Source: Deltaproteobacteria bacterium (GTDB lineage: Bacteria > Myxococcota_A > Polyangia > Fen-1088). From it: DNA of 64,000 nt. The notes beneath the pieces were generated by a model. The model was not told the DNA's origin. It saw only the letters and a list, made by a program, of their open reading frames with translations, and made no database searches. Shown in pieces: positions 9,323 through 18,193 of this stretch. Every line of letters starts with the position of its first letter. The stretch's first letter is position 1. Position numbers and translations under genes: made by a program. Where the stretch lies: contig JANRKS010000021.1 of NCBI GenBank assembly GCA_033763315.1, forward strand, positions 74,205 to 138,204, in the 5' to 3' direction.

Positions 9323-10327
9323 ATGGCGCCAAGAGTTCTCTTTATCTGCGGCTCGCTCAACCAGACCCGACAAATGCACAAAATCGCGCAGCGCCTCCCT
9401 GGTTGCGAAGCCACCTTCTCTCCCTACTACTGCGACGGCCTCGTTGAACAGCTACGGCGCACCGGCATCCTTGAATTCACAATCTTGGGCTGGCGGCGAC
9501 GCAAAGAGTGCCTCCGCTACCTGCGTCAGCATCGCTTGCCACTGGACCACGAGGGCAAGCGCGGCCCGTACGACCTCGTCGTCACGTGTTCGGACGTCAT
9601 CATTCCTCGCAATATCAAGGCCTCGAGGGTGGTGGCGGTCCAAGAGGGGATCACCGATCCGGAACAGTTTTGGTATTGGGCGCGCCGGATCTTTCCCTTC
9701 ATTCCACGGTGGACGTCTGGCACAGCGTGGACAGGCACTTCAAACGAATACGATCGCATGTGTGTCGCAAGCGAGGGCTACCGCCAGCTGTTCGCAAAGC
9801 GTGGTGGTGACGCCACAAAAATGGTGGTTACCGGCATTCCGAACTTCGACAACTGCCAGGAATACTTCATTAACGACTTCCCTCACCATGGCTACGTTTT
9901 GGTGTGCACGTCAGACGCACGTGAAACCCTAAAATTTGATAGCCGCGCGCGGTTCCTAAAGCGTGCGCTGCGGATCGCCGCTGGGCGCCGTCTCATCTTC
10001 AAGCTTCACCCCAATGAGGATTGGAACCGCGCCACCCAAGAAATTAAAGCGGTGGCTCCCGAGGCACTCGTCTTCACCACGGGATGCGCCGAGGAAATGG
10101 TGGCGAACTGCAATGTTTTGGTTTGCCAATACTCCACGCTTGCCTTTGTGGGTGTGGCGCTCGGCAAGGAAGTGCACAGCTATTACAAACTGGACGAGCT
10201 GCAGCGTTTGCTGCCCGAGCAGCATGGACGCGCGGCAGAAGAGATCGCCAAAGTGTGCCGCGGCGTGCTTGAGCTCTCACCGGATCATCTCGCAAACCCC
10301 TTCACTTCAGTGGGAGTGACAGCATGA
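9323..10327 (+). CDS. GT-B-fold protein, candidate CMP-ulosonic-acid (sialyl/Kdo-type) transferase
   Basis: Start at ATG 9323 (MAPRVLFICGS). Motifs QEG, VVTGIPNFD, FKLHP and QYST resemble the (D/E)(D/E)G, HP and S(S/T) motifs of CMP-sugar GT-B transferases. Sits in the operon with the cytidylyltransferase and NeuB. Confidence 0.5.
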   Translation: MAPRVLFICGSLNQTRQMHKIAQRLPGCEATFSPYYCDGLVEQLRRTGILEFTILGWRRRKECLRYLRQHRLPLDHEGKRGPYDLVVTCSDVIIPRNIKASRVVAVQEGITDPEQFWYWARRIFPFIPRWTSGTAWTGTSNEYDRMCVASEGYRQLFAKRGGDATKMVVTGIPNFDNCQEYFINDFPHHGYVLVCTSDARETLKFDSRARFLKRALRIAAGRRLIFKLHPNEDWNRATQEIKAVAPEALVFTTGCAEEMVANCNVLVCQYSTLAFVGVALGKEVHSYYKLDELQRLLPEQHGRAAEEIAKVCRGVLELSPDHLANPFTSVGVTA

Positions 10328-11133
10328 AGATTGTGGGTGTCATTCAGGCTCGCATGGGTTCCTCTCGCTTGCCTGGCAAAGTTCTTATGCCTTTGGGCGG
10401 AGCGCCCATGCTTATGCGCATGTGGGAACGCGTGCGGGCCGCGCATGCCCTCGACGACGTCGTCATCGCCACAACCACTGACGACGCCGACAACGTCATA
10501 CGCCAGTTGTGCCAGCAGAACGATGTGCCTTTCGTGGCGGGGCACCCCTTGGATCTTCTTGATCGCCACATGCAGGTTGCGCGGGTGCACAAGGCAGACG
10601 CCATCGTAAAGATTCCCTCGGATTGCCCCCTCATCGATCCGCGCATTATCGACAAGGTGGTCACTTTCTACGGCGACCACGCTGGCGCTTATGACTTCGT
10701 ATCGAACCTTCACCCTGCCACTTATCCCGATGGCAATGATGTTGAGGTGGTTCCGGTTCATATCCTGGAACAAGCCCACGCGGAAGCCACAAGGCCACAC
10801 GAGCGTGAACACACGACGCCCTTTATCTGGGACCAACCCGAGCGTTTCAGGATCGGCAACGTGGTTTGGGAGACCGGCCTCGATTACTCCATGAGCCATC
10901 GCATGACCGTGGATTACGCCGAGGACTATGAACTTGTGCGCGCCGTGTTCGAAGCCCTGCACAGAGAGGGCGAGGCGCCGTTCTCGCTGGGCGACATCCT
11001 GCAGTTCCTCTCGAAGAACCCTTCGGTATTTCAGCTCAACTCTCACTTTGCCGGCGTGAACTGGTATCGGAACCACCTGCCGCACCTGCGCACCGTCACG
11101 CGACGGCAAACCGTGGTGTTCGAAGACGATTAG
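10324..11133 (+). CDS. SpsF-like cytidylyltransferase (CTP_transf_3 family)
   Basis: IQARMGSSRLPGKVL, SDCPLIDP, YPDGNDVEV, EREHTTPFI, RMTVDYAEDY. Confidence 0.85.
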   Translation: MKIVGVIQARMGSSRLPGKVLMPLGGAPMLMRMWERVRAAHALDDVVIATTTDDADNVIRQLCQQNDVPFVAGHPLDLLDRHMQVARVHKADAIVKIPSDCPLIDPRIIDKVVTFYGDHAGAYDFVSNLHPATYPDGNDVEVVPVHILEQAHAEATRPHEREHTTPFIWDQPERFRIGNVVWETGLDYSMSHRMTVDYAEDYELVRAVFEALHREGEAPFSLGDILQFLSKNPSVFQLNSHFAGVNWYRNHLPHLRTVTRRQTVVFEDD

Positions 11134-11139
11134 GAGACT

Positions 11140-11988
11140 ATGGAACGCGACCACATTGATTTGGCAGCAACCGCACTTCGGGTGCGCGAGCACATTGTAC
11201 GCATGTCTGGCGGCGGTGGGTGCTTCATTGGCGCCTCGCTGTCGTGTGCGGACTTACTGGTGCATCTATATTGCCGCGTGCTGAGGCAGGCAAGCGTCGA
11301 TGACCCCGGGCGCGATTATCTGTTGCTATCCAAGGGGCACGACGTGCCGGCCCTGTATGGCACCTTCGCTGAGCTGGGCATAATTCCCAAGGAGCGCCTG
11401 CAGAACCACTTGAGCGTCGACGACAACCTCTACTGGCATCCAAACCGTGCCATACCGGGCGTTGAGTTTCACTCTGGCTCGCTTGGCCACTTGCTGTCCG
11501 TGGGCATTGGCGTAGCCATGGATTTCAAGCTTCGCGGCTCGGAGCAACGTGTGTTCGTGTTGCTTGGCGACGGAGAATTGAACGAAGGCTCCATTTGGGA
11601 AGCGCTGCTGGTGGCGCAGGCGCACAAGCTGGACAACCTAATCGCCATCGTGGATCGGAACCAGTTCCAGGCAAACATCGCGACTGAGGATCTGATTCCA
11701 CTTGAGCCGCTGGGCGCCAAGCTGCGTGCCTTCGGCTGCGACGTCATCGAAGCCGATGGCCACAACTTCTCTGCCTTGGACGAAGCTTTTGCCACGCTCA
11801 AGAAGCACAGTGCGCGCCCCGCCGTTGTGGTCGCTCACACGGTTCGCGGCAAGGGCTTGCCAAGCATTGAGCGGCGCGCCGATCGCTGGTTCGTGCGCTT
11901 TTCAGCAAATGAAGTCGAACAACTTCTTAACGAGCTGCATGGCCTGCACAACGCTGCGCTCACAGCAGAACCTTTGATGGTGCGATGA
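11140..11988 (+). CDS. Transketolase, N-terminal (TPP-binding) subunit
   Basis: RDYLLLSKGH, SGSLGH, GDGELNEGSIWEA...N TPP motif, HTVRGKG. Confidence 0.9.
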   Translation: MERDHIDLAATALRVREHIVRMSGGGGCFIGASLSCADLLVHLYCRVLRQASVDDPGRDYLLLSKGHDVPALYGTFAELGIIPKERLQNHLSVDDNLYWHPNRAIPGVEFHSGSLGHLLSVGIGVAMDFKLRGSEQRVFVLLGDGELNEGSIWEALLVAQAHKLDNLIAIVDRNQFQANIATEDLIPLEPLGAKLRAFGCDVIEADGHNFSALDEAFATLKKHSARPAVVVAHTVRGKGLPSIERRADRWFVRFSANEVEQLLNELHGLHNAALTAEPLMVR

Positions 11989-12953
11989 TGTCGAATCTAA
12001 CAACCCAGTCGTACGAAGATGTGCTCGGGCAAATCGCAGAAGCGGACGAGCGCGTGGTGGTGATGACCGCCGAGAACCGCGCGGCGATTCGGAATCTGCC
12101 CCAACGTTTGGGTGGCCGGTTCATCGACGTTGGCATCTGCGAACAAACGATGTTGGGTGCTGCTGCTGGCCTCGCCTTGCGTGGGCGTGTGCCAGTGGTG
12201 CACGCCTTGGCCGCCTTCTTAACGATGCGTGCGTTCGAGTTTATCCGCACGGACGTGGGCATCGCACACTTACCCGTCAAGATGGTCGGCGGCGTTCCCG
12301 GCGTTCTGTCGGAAGCGAATGGCCCCACCCATCAAGCGATCGAAGACGTGTCGCTCATGAGGGGCATTCCAGGCGTGCAGGTGGTTTGCCCCGCGGATGC
12401 GCAAGAGCTGGCCGCCGCATTGCCGTCAATCATGGCCAGCCCCAACCCTTGCTATATCCGGCATAACAACCTTCCTGCGCGGGTGCCTCACCAGCCTTAT
12501 GAGTTGGGGCACGCCGAACGGCTGACGGAGGGAAGCGACGCCGCCATCTTAACGTATGGAGCCTTGGTGGGCGAAGCGTTTGAGGCGGCGGCGCTGTTGC
12601 GTGTCCGAGGCATCAACGTGCGCGTGGTGAACCTGCGCTCACTTGTGCCACTTGACACAGCCGAGGTGGACGCGGCGGCGCGTGACTGCGCCATGCTCAT
12701 CACTGTCGAAGACCACTTTCTCACAGGTGGCCTGTTTACGATCCTCGCAGAGCACTTCATTAAGCGAGGCCAATGCCCGCGCCTCACACCCATCGCCTTC
12801 GTCGAACGCTGGTTTCGACCCGCCCTGCTTCGCGACGTGCTCGAGTTCGAGCGCATGGACGCCACTGGGCTGGCCAACAGAGTCGCAAGTGCCCTTTCTG
12901 CAGTCGCTCCAGGGCGTCTCGTCAATCCAGGAGTCATCAATGCGCACGCTTAG
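11985..12953 (+). CDS. Transketolase, C-terminal (pyrimidine-binding) subunit
   Basis: RFIDVGICEQ, RAFEFIR, NGPTHQAIED, LITVEDH; ATGA overlap with the N-terminal subunit. Confidence 0.9.
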   Translation: MMSNLTTQSYEDVLGQIAEADERVVVMTAENRAAIRNLPQRLGGRFIDVGICEQTMLGAAAGLALRGRVPVVHALAAFLTMRAFEFIRTDVGIAHLPVKMVGGVPGVLSEANGPTHQAIEDVSLMRGIPGVQVVCPADAQELAAALPSIMASPNPCYIRHNNLPARVPHQPYELGHAERLTEGSDAAILTYGALVGEAFEAAALLRVRGINVRVVNLRSLVPLDTAEVDAAARDCAMLITVEDHFLTGGLFTILAEHFIKRGQCPRLTPIAFVERWFRPALLRDVLEFERMDATGLANRVASALSAVAPGRLVNPGVINAHA

Positions 12954-14316
12954 TGAAGAGTCTCGCTTACCCGACATCACGCGTTCCAATGAGCTTTGGG
13001 CGCGCGCACAACGGCTCATCCCTGCGGGAACCCAGACGTTGGCGAAGGGTCCCACCCAACACGTGAACGGCGTGGCCCCGAAGTATCTTGCCAAGGGGAG
13101 CGGCGCCACCGTGTGGGACGTCGACGGCAACCAATTCACGGATTTCACGATGGGCGTGGGGCCACTGATCCTGGGCTACACCCACCCGGAGGTGGATGAA
13201 GCGATCAAACATCAGCTGGCGGACGGGATCACGTTCTCGCTCATGCACCCACTGGAAGTGGAGGTGGCCGAGCAGATCAAACGCTTGGTGCCGGGAGCCG
13301 AGAGCGTCCGCTTCTCAAAGACAGGATGCGATGTCACCACAGCGGCCGTTCGGCTGGCGCGTGCGTTTACAGGGCGCACCAAAGTCCTGTGCTGCGGCTA
13401 CCACGGTTGGCACGATTGGTACATCGCCACCACCGATCGGTCGGCGGGCATCCCCGACGCCACAGCAGAGCTGACATACACGTTCGCCTACAACGACCTC
13501 GCGTCGGTTGAGCGTTCGTTAGATGCCGACACGGCTTGCGTGATTTTGGAGCCCACCGTTTTCGAGGCGCCGGCGGCTGGATTTCTGCAAGGACTCGCGG
13601 ACCTTTGCCACGAGCGCGGCGCCTTATTGATCTTCGATGAGATGTGGACAGGTTTTCGCCTGGCCCTAGGTGGCGCACAAGAGCGCTTCGGTGTCACGGC
13701 TGACCTTGCGTGCTTCTCAAAGGCGGTCGCCAACGGTATGCCGCTGAGTGTTCTGACCGGACGAGCCGATGTTATGCAGCTGCTTGAGAAGGACGTGTTC
13801 TTCTTCACAACGTTCGGCGGCGAAGCTCTCTCATTGGCCGCAGCCCATGCCACGTTGCAGGTGCTGGAGCGGGATCGTGTGCCGCAACAACTCGAAAGCC
13901 TGGGTCTGCAGCTAAGTGAAAGGTTCGCGGGCGTCGCGCGGGAAATGGAAACACTCTTCGTGCGTTGCGTGGGATACGGCGCCCGCACCATGCTGACCTT
14001 TGCGTCTGAAGGTGTTGCCGCCGGCGCGTCCCCCCTGCTGCAAAAGTCCTTCGTGCAGCAGGAGCTCATCCGTCAGGGCATCTTGTGGACTGGGTTTCAC
14101 AACCTCTGCGCGGCGCACACACAAGAGGACGTTGAGCACCTTTTGGCGGCGTACCGTATCGCGCTTTATCGCCTTCGCAGCGCAATCGTGGCCAACACGC
14201 TCAGCTCGTCGCTGCTCGGCGCCCCGCTTGAGCCGGTTTTTCGGCGCACAAGCGGCTTTCATACCAAACCCAAACCCGCGTCGCCCCCGATGCCGGCGCC
14301 CAAGGAGACACGTTGA
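12940..14316 (+). CDS. Class-III PLP aminotransferase (GSA-aminomutase-like, sugar-pathway associated)
   Basis: WDVDGNQFTDF, GYHGWHDW, LIFDEMWTGFR, DLACFSKAVANG (PLP Lys); start at ATG 12940. Confidence 0.85.
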   Translation: MRTLSEESRLPDITRSNELWARAQRLIPAGTQTLAKGPTQHVNGVAPKYLAKGSGATVWDVDGNQFTDFTMGVGPLILGYTHPEVDEAIKHQLADGITFSLMHPLEVEVAEQIKRLVPGAESVRFSKTGCDVTTAAVRLARAFTGRTKVLCCGYHGWHDWYIATTDRSAGIPDATAELTYTFAYNDLASVERSLDADTACVILEPTVFEAPAAGFLQGLADLCHERGALLIFDEMWTGFRLALGGAQERFGVTADLACFSKAVANGMPLSVLTGRADVMQLLEKDVFFFTTFGGEALSLAAAHATLQVLERDRVPQQLESLGLQLSERFAGVAREMETLFVRCVGYGARTMLTFASEGVAAGASPLLQKSFVQQELIRQGILWTGFHNLCAAHTQEDVEHLLAAYRIALYRLRSAIVANTLSSSLLGAPLEPVFRRTSGFHTKPKPASPPMPAPKETR

Positions 14317-15155
14317 CTATGGCAAAGGAAGTCTATGCGGGATCGGATCGATTCGCGCTTGAGGGACGCGTGGCGATCGTCACGGGCGCGTGCGGTCTTT
14401 TGGGTGAGCAGTTCTGCCAGGCCCTGCTTGAAGCCGGTGCACACGTCGTGGTGGCTGATATTGACGGCGATCGCGCTCAGGAGGCAGCCCGCGGTCTGGT
14501 GAAGCAAGGGATGGGCGCAGCGATCGGGGTGCAACTCGATGTTACGCGCAAAGACTCTCTGGAAGCCGTAAAAGACACATGCTTGCGAGAGTTTGATCGC
14601 ATCGATGTGCTTGTGAACAGCGCGGCCATCAACGATCGGTTTGACGAAGGTCAAGCGGCCGAGCAATCGCGCTTCGAGTCGTATTCGTTGCAGGCCTGGC
14701 AGCAGCAGATTGAGGTCAACCTCACGGGCTCATTCCTGTCGTGCCAGGTGTTCGGCGCGGCCATGGCGGCGCAAGGCCGCGGCAGCATCATCAACATTGG
14801 TTCCACGTATGGACTGGTCGCGCCCGTGCAGGAGATTTACCGCCGGCCTGACGGCTCGCAGCTGTTCTTCAAGTCGGCGGGTTATGCGGCCAGCAAGGGC
14901 GGCGTGGTGATGCTGACCCGCTTTGTTGCCACATATTGGGCTCATCGAGGCGTGCGAGCCAACGTGTTGTGCCCGGGCGGCGTCGCACAAAACCAAGACG
15001 CACATTTTGTTGAACAGTATTCGTCACGTACGCCTATGGGACGCATGGCAGAGCCCCGTGAAATCGCGGGGGCTGCCGTATTTTTGGCGAGCGACGCTGC
15101 CTCATACGTCACGGGCGCAGTGTTCTCCGTGGATGGCGGATGGACCGCATGGTGA
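14313..15155 (+). CDS. Short-chain dehydrogenase/reductase
   Basis: TGACGLLG, LVNSA, NIGSTYG, YAASK catalytic motif, VDGGWTAW. Confidence 0.9.
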   Translation: MTMAKEVYAGSDRFALEGRVAIVTGACGLLGEQFCQALLEAGAHVVVADIDGDRAQEAARGLVKQGMGAAIGVQLDVTRKDSLEAVKDTCLREFDRIDVLVNSAAINDRFDEGQAAEQSRFESYSLQAWQQQIEVNLTGSFLSCQVFGAAMAAQGRGSIINIGSTYGLVAPVQEIYRRPDGSQLFFKSAGYAASKGGVVMLTRFVATYWAHRGVRANVLCPGGVAQNQDAHFVEQYSSRTPMGRMAEPREIAGAAVFLASDAASYVTGAVFSVDGGWTAW

Positions 15156-15679
15156 ATACGGCTATACCTCTCGATGAACTGCGTCGACGCGCGCGCACCA
15201 TCGCAGTTGTGTTTACGGATTGCGACGGCGTGTTGACCGATGGCAGCGTTTACTACGACCGGCAAGGTGAGAGCATGCTGCGGTTCTCCCGCCGTGACGG
15301 CATGGGTGTCGAACGGCTGCGCGCGCAAAGCATCGAAGTCGCGATTTTGACGCGCGAGACGTCACCGATTGTTGAACATCGTGCGGCCAAGCTAAGCACC
15401 CGGCTGTTCGCTGGCGTCAAAGACAAGCGCGCTGCGTTTCCGGCCCTTTTGCGTGAGATGTATGCGCAGGTCGAAGCCTGCGCGTTCATAGGGGACGACG
15501 TCAATGACCTGGACTTGCTTCGTTACGTAACGTCGATGGGCGGCCTAAGCGGTGCACCCGCAGACGCGCGACCCGAGGTTCGAGACGCCGTTCTGTTTGT
15601 GACCGAAGCGCCTGGAGGCGAAGGCGCGTTCCGAGAATTTGCTGAGTGGATACTTCAACTGCGAGGAGCAACATCATGA
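15149..15679 (+). CDS. KdsC-family HAD phosphatase (Kdo-8-P / KDN-9-P phosphatase-like)
   Basis: FTDCDGVLTDG, RDGMG, FIGDDVND, APADA, GGEGAFRE. Confidence 0.9.
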   Translation: MVNTAIPLDELRRRARTIAVVFTDCDGVLTDGSVYYDRQGESMLRFSRRDGMGVERLRAQSIEVAILTRETSPIVEHRAAKLSTRLFAGVKDKRAAFPALLREMYAQVEACAFIGDDVNDLDLLRYVTSMGGLSGAPADARPEVRDAVLFVTEAPGGEGAFREFAEWILQLRGATS

Positions 15680-16578
15680 GCGCAACGAACATCAAAGTGG
15701 CTGACCGGATGATTGGCGAAGGTATGCCCGTGTTTGTGATTGCCGAAATCGGCATCAATCACAACGGCGACATGGCGCTCGCAAAGCGTTTGATCGACGG
15801 AGCGGTTTTGGCAGGCGCGGACGCTGTCAAGTTTCAAAAGCGCACGCCTGAGCTGTGTGTTCCCAAGGACCAATGGTTGCAAGAGCGCGACACGCCTTGG
15901 GGCCGCATGACATACATCGATTACCGCCGGCGCATTGAATTCGGCCAAGCGGAGTACGAACAAATCGACAAGCACTGCAAGGAACGCGGCATCTTGTGGT
16001 TCGCCTCGTGTTGGGATGAACCCTCTGTGGATTTCATCGATGCCTTTTCGCCCCCTTGCTATAAGGCCGCTTCGGCCTCTCTGACCGATCACCCGCTACT
16101 GGCTCGCATGAAGGCCACGGGTCGGCCGTTGATGATCTCCACGGGCATGTCAACCTTGGCAGAGATCGACGCAGCCGTGGGCGTGCTTGGCTTCGACAAT
16201 CTGATGATTGCGCATTCGACATCAGCCTATCCCTGCCCCGTCGATTCGCTCAACCTGCGCATGATTCACACCCTGCGGGCGCGCTATCCTGAGGCCTTGA
16301 TCGGATACTCGGGCCACGAAACGGGGCTGGCCACCACGTGGGCTGCGGTTTCCATGGGAGCCACATTCGTCGAACGCCACATCACGCTTGACCGCGCCAT
16401 GTGGGGAACGGATCAGGCGGCGTCGGTCGAAATCGGCGGGCTTATGCGCCTGGTTTCCAACATTCGCGACATTGAACGCTCTTTGGGCGATGGGGTCAAG
16501 CGTGTCTACGAGCCAGAGCTCGCGATGCGCCAGAAACTGCGGCGTGTGCAAAGCGTGGTCGAAGCGAGCGCCAACTGA
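15676..16578 (+). CDS. neuB: NeuB-family nonulosonic acid synthase lacking the C-terminal SAF/AFP-like domain
   Basis: IAEIGINHNGD, ADAVKFQKR, ISTGMS, STSAYP, GYSGHE, ERHITLDR; ends about 20 aa after LGDGVK (300 aa). Confidence 0.85.
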   Translation: MSATNIKVADRMIGEGMPVFVIAEIGINHNGDMALAKRLIDGAVLAGADAVKFQKRTPELCVPKDQWLQERDTPWGRMTYIDYRRRIEFGQAEYEQIDKHCKERGILWFASCWDEPSVDFIDAFSPPCYKAASASLTDHPLLARMKATGRPLMISTGMSTLAEIDAAVGVLGFDNLMIAHSTSAYPCPVDSLNLRMIHTLRARYPEALIGYSGHETGLATTWAAVSMGATFVERHITLDRAMWGTDQAASVEIGGLMRLVSNIRDIERSLGDGVKRVYEPELAMRQKLRRVQSVVEASAN

Positions 16579-16580
16579 TC

Positions 16581-17387
16581 GTGAACGCCCAGCTGCTGTC
16601 CACGGCCGTCATCGTCGGCTCTGCTCTTGTGTTTATCTTGCTTGAACGCTGGCGTCCCTATGATGAACGCCAGCGCTTCTTGCGCGATGAGTTCTGGAGC
16701 GACTTACTGCTTTATACCTTGGCGCAAAGCTATGTGTTGGGGTTCGCGATCCCTTGGATCAGCTCGGCATTGGACAAAGCCCTTGGCGTTTCGAGCTGGG
16801 GCTTGCTCGCAGGGTGGCCGGTTGCAGCACAGTTCGCGCTGTTTTTCGTGACCCACGATCTCTACATCTATCTGTTTCACCGGGCACAACACCGCTGGAA
16901 GTGGCTATGGCGCTTGCATGAGGCACATCACAGCACCAAAGATGTAGATTGGCTCTCGGGATCCCGTTCACACGCACTTGAGATCTTGATCAATCAAACC
17001 ATCGAGTTCGCGCCGCTTGTGTTGTTGCGCGCGCACCCGTCGGTCGCCCTCTTGAAGCTGACCGTGGATGCGGTGTGGGGCATGTACATCCACACCAACA
17101 TCGACGTTCGTTCGGGTTGGTTGCAGTACGTCATCAATGGTCCCCAGATGCACCGTTGGCACCACGCCAAAGAAGTGACCGATGGACACCTCAACTACAG
17201 CACGAAGCTTGCGGTGTGGGATTGGCTATTTGGGACAGCATACTTGCCTCACAGACACAAACCACAAGCCTACGGGATGTTTGGCTATGATGTTCCGCGA
17301 GGGTTTTGGGCGCAGTTCTGGTTTGCCTTTCGATCGCCGCAGCCACCCGAAACTCAGGTAAGCTCGGCAAAGAGCCTTTCGTACTGA
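16581..17387 (+). CDS. Fatty-acid hydroxylase / sterol desaturase superfamily membrane enzyme
   Basis: His boxes HRAQH, HEAHHS, HTN, HRWHH; NYS...WDWLFGT. Confidence 0.85.
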   Translation: MNAQLLSTAVIVGSALVFILLERWRPYDERQRFLRDEFWSDLLLYTLAQSYVLGFAIPWISSALDKALGVSSWGLLAGWPVAAQFALFFVTHDLYIYLFHRAQHRWKWLWRLHEAHHSTKDVDWLSGSRSHALEILINQTIEFAPLVLLRAHPSVALLKLTVDAVWGMYIHTNIDVRSGWLQYVINGPQMHRWHHAKEVTDGHLNYSTKLAVWDWLFGTAYLPHRHKPQAYGMFGYDVPRGFWAQFWFAFRSPQPPETQVSSAKSLSY

Positions 17388-18193
17388 GCAACAGAGGCCG
17401 CCAAAGACAGACGCTGTTGTTGGGCGATGACTCTTGCGCGCGCTTCGTGCCACAGGGGCGAGCCAAAGGATGCATTATAGCGGTCTAAACAACACTGAAC
17501 GTCTTGCGGCTGCAGCGATGTCAAGAAATAGGGATAGTCATCCCCCAAAAGCTCAACCGCGCCTGGCTCCTTGCCGCCTATGAACACCGCGTGTGACGCT
17601 GAACAATTGGCAAGCTTCACAACCGACTTCGTCACATCAAGCCGGCCCGAAAAGTGCGCGTTGTAGGCGCGGAGCCGTTCCCGCCAATCCGCCTTCTTGA
17701 AATCCAAGAGCGCAACGCCGCGCAGCCCACCTTTGCTGCCGATGGAATTAACCGTTTCGCCCACGTAGACAAGTTTTGCCTGCATCACAGGGTGGTGCGG
17801 CAGAATGTGGGGATCGGCGTGGTGGTAGAACACGAATGCCCGCCCCGCAGGGTATTGCGCGAGGTACACATCTCTTGTTGCCTCGCTGCCAAAAAGAACC
17901 GCCGCACAGGCGCCTTCACAGTCGCGCAACAGGCGCGGATCATGGTCCAGGGCATCGAGGATCAAGATGTTTCGCTTCGCATGCAGAGCGTGATGCCTAT
18001 GTGGCTGGCTTTTGACGCACACAATGATGCTGTCGCGCACGCCCCGCAACGCCCACAGCGAGGGCCCTGCGACGGCCACACAGTTCCAGCCTCGGCAGCG
18101 CAGGGCTTCCGCCACCTGCATGCCCCTCATCGTGAACGATGGTCTGCGGCGGTGTGACCAAAAGATGACCGGCCTAGACCGCAACGTGGACAC
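17354..18193 (-). CDS. Hypothetical protein, possibly a divergent GT-B glycosyltransferase
   Basis: Continuous ORF coupled to the flippase stop (probable GTG start at 18193). MRGMQVAEAL, ILDALD, LVYVG and KSVVKLAN resemble GT-B elements. Confidence 0.45.
   Translation of the reverse strand: MSTLRSRPVIFWSHRRRPSFTMRGMQVAEALRCRGWNCVAVAGPSLWALRGVRDSIIVCVKSQPHRHHALHAKRNILILDALDHDPRLLRDCEGACAAVLFGSEATRDVYLAQYPAGRAFVFYHHADPHILPHHPVMQAKLVYVGETVNSIGSKGGLRGVALLDFKKADWRERLRAYNAHFSGRLDVTKSVVKLANCSASHAVFIGGKEPGAVELLGDDYPYFLTSLQPQDVQCCLDRYNASFGSPLWHEARARVIAQQQRLSLAASVAQYERLFAELT

Noticed and set aside
10285-11193. 302-aa antisense ORF
   Set aside because: Shadow of the SpsF-like gene in GC-rich DNA; no motifs.
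11140-12953. Frameshifted transketolase pseudogene or dxs
   Set aside because: The two halves have their own start and stop with an ATGA overlap, the normal arrangement for split transketolases.
12940-14316. Calling the aminotransferase hemL
   Set aside because: It is embedded in a sugar-nucleotide operon with no tetrapyrrole genes; the similarity is at family level only.
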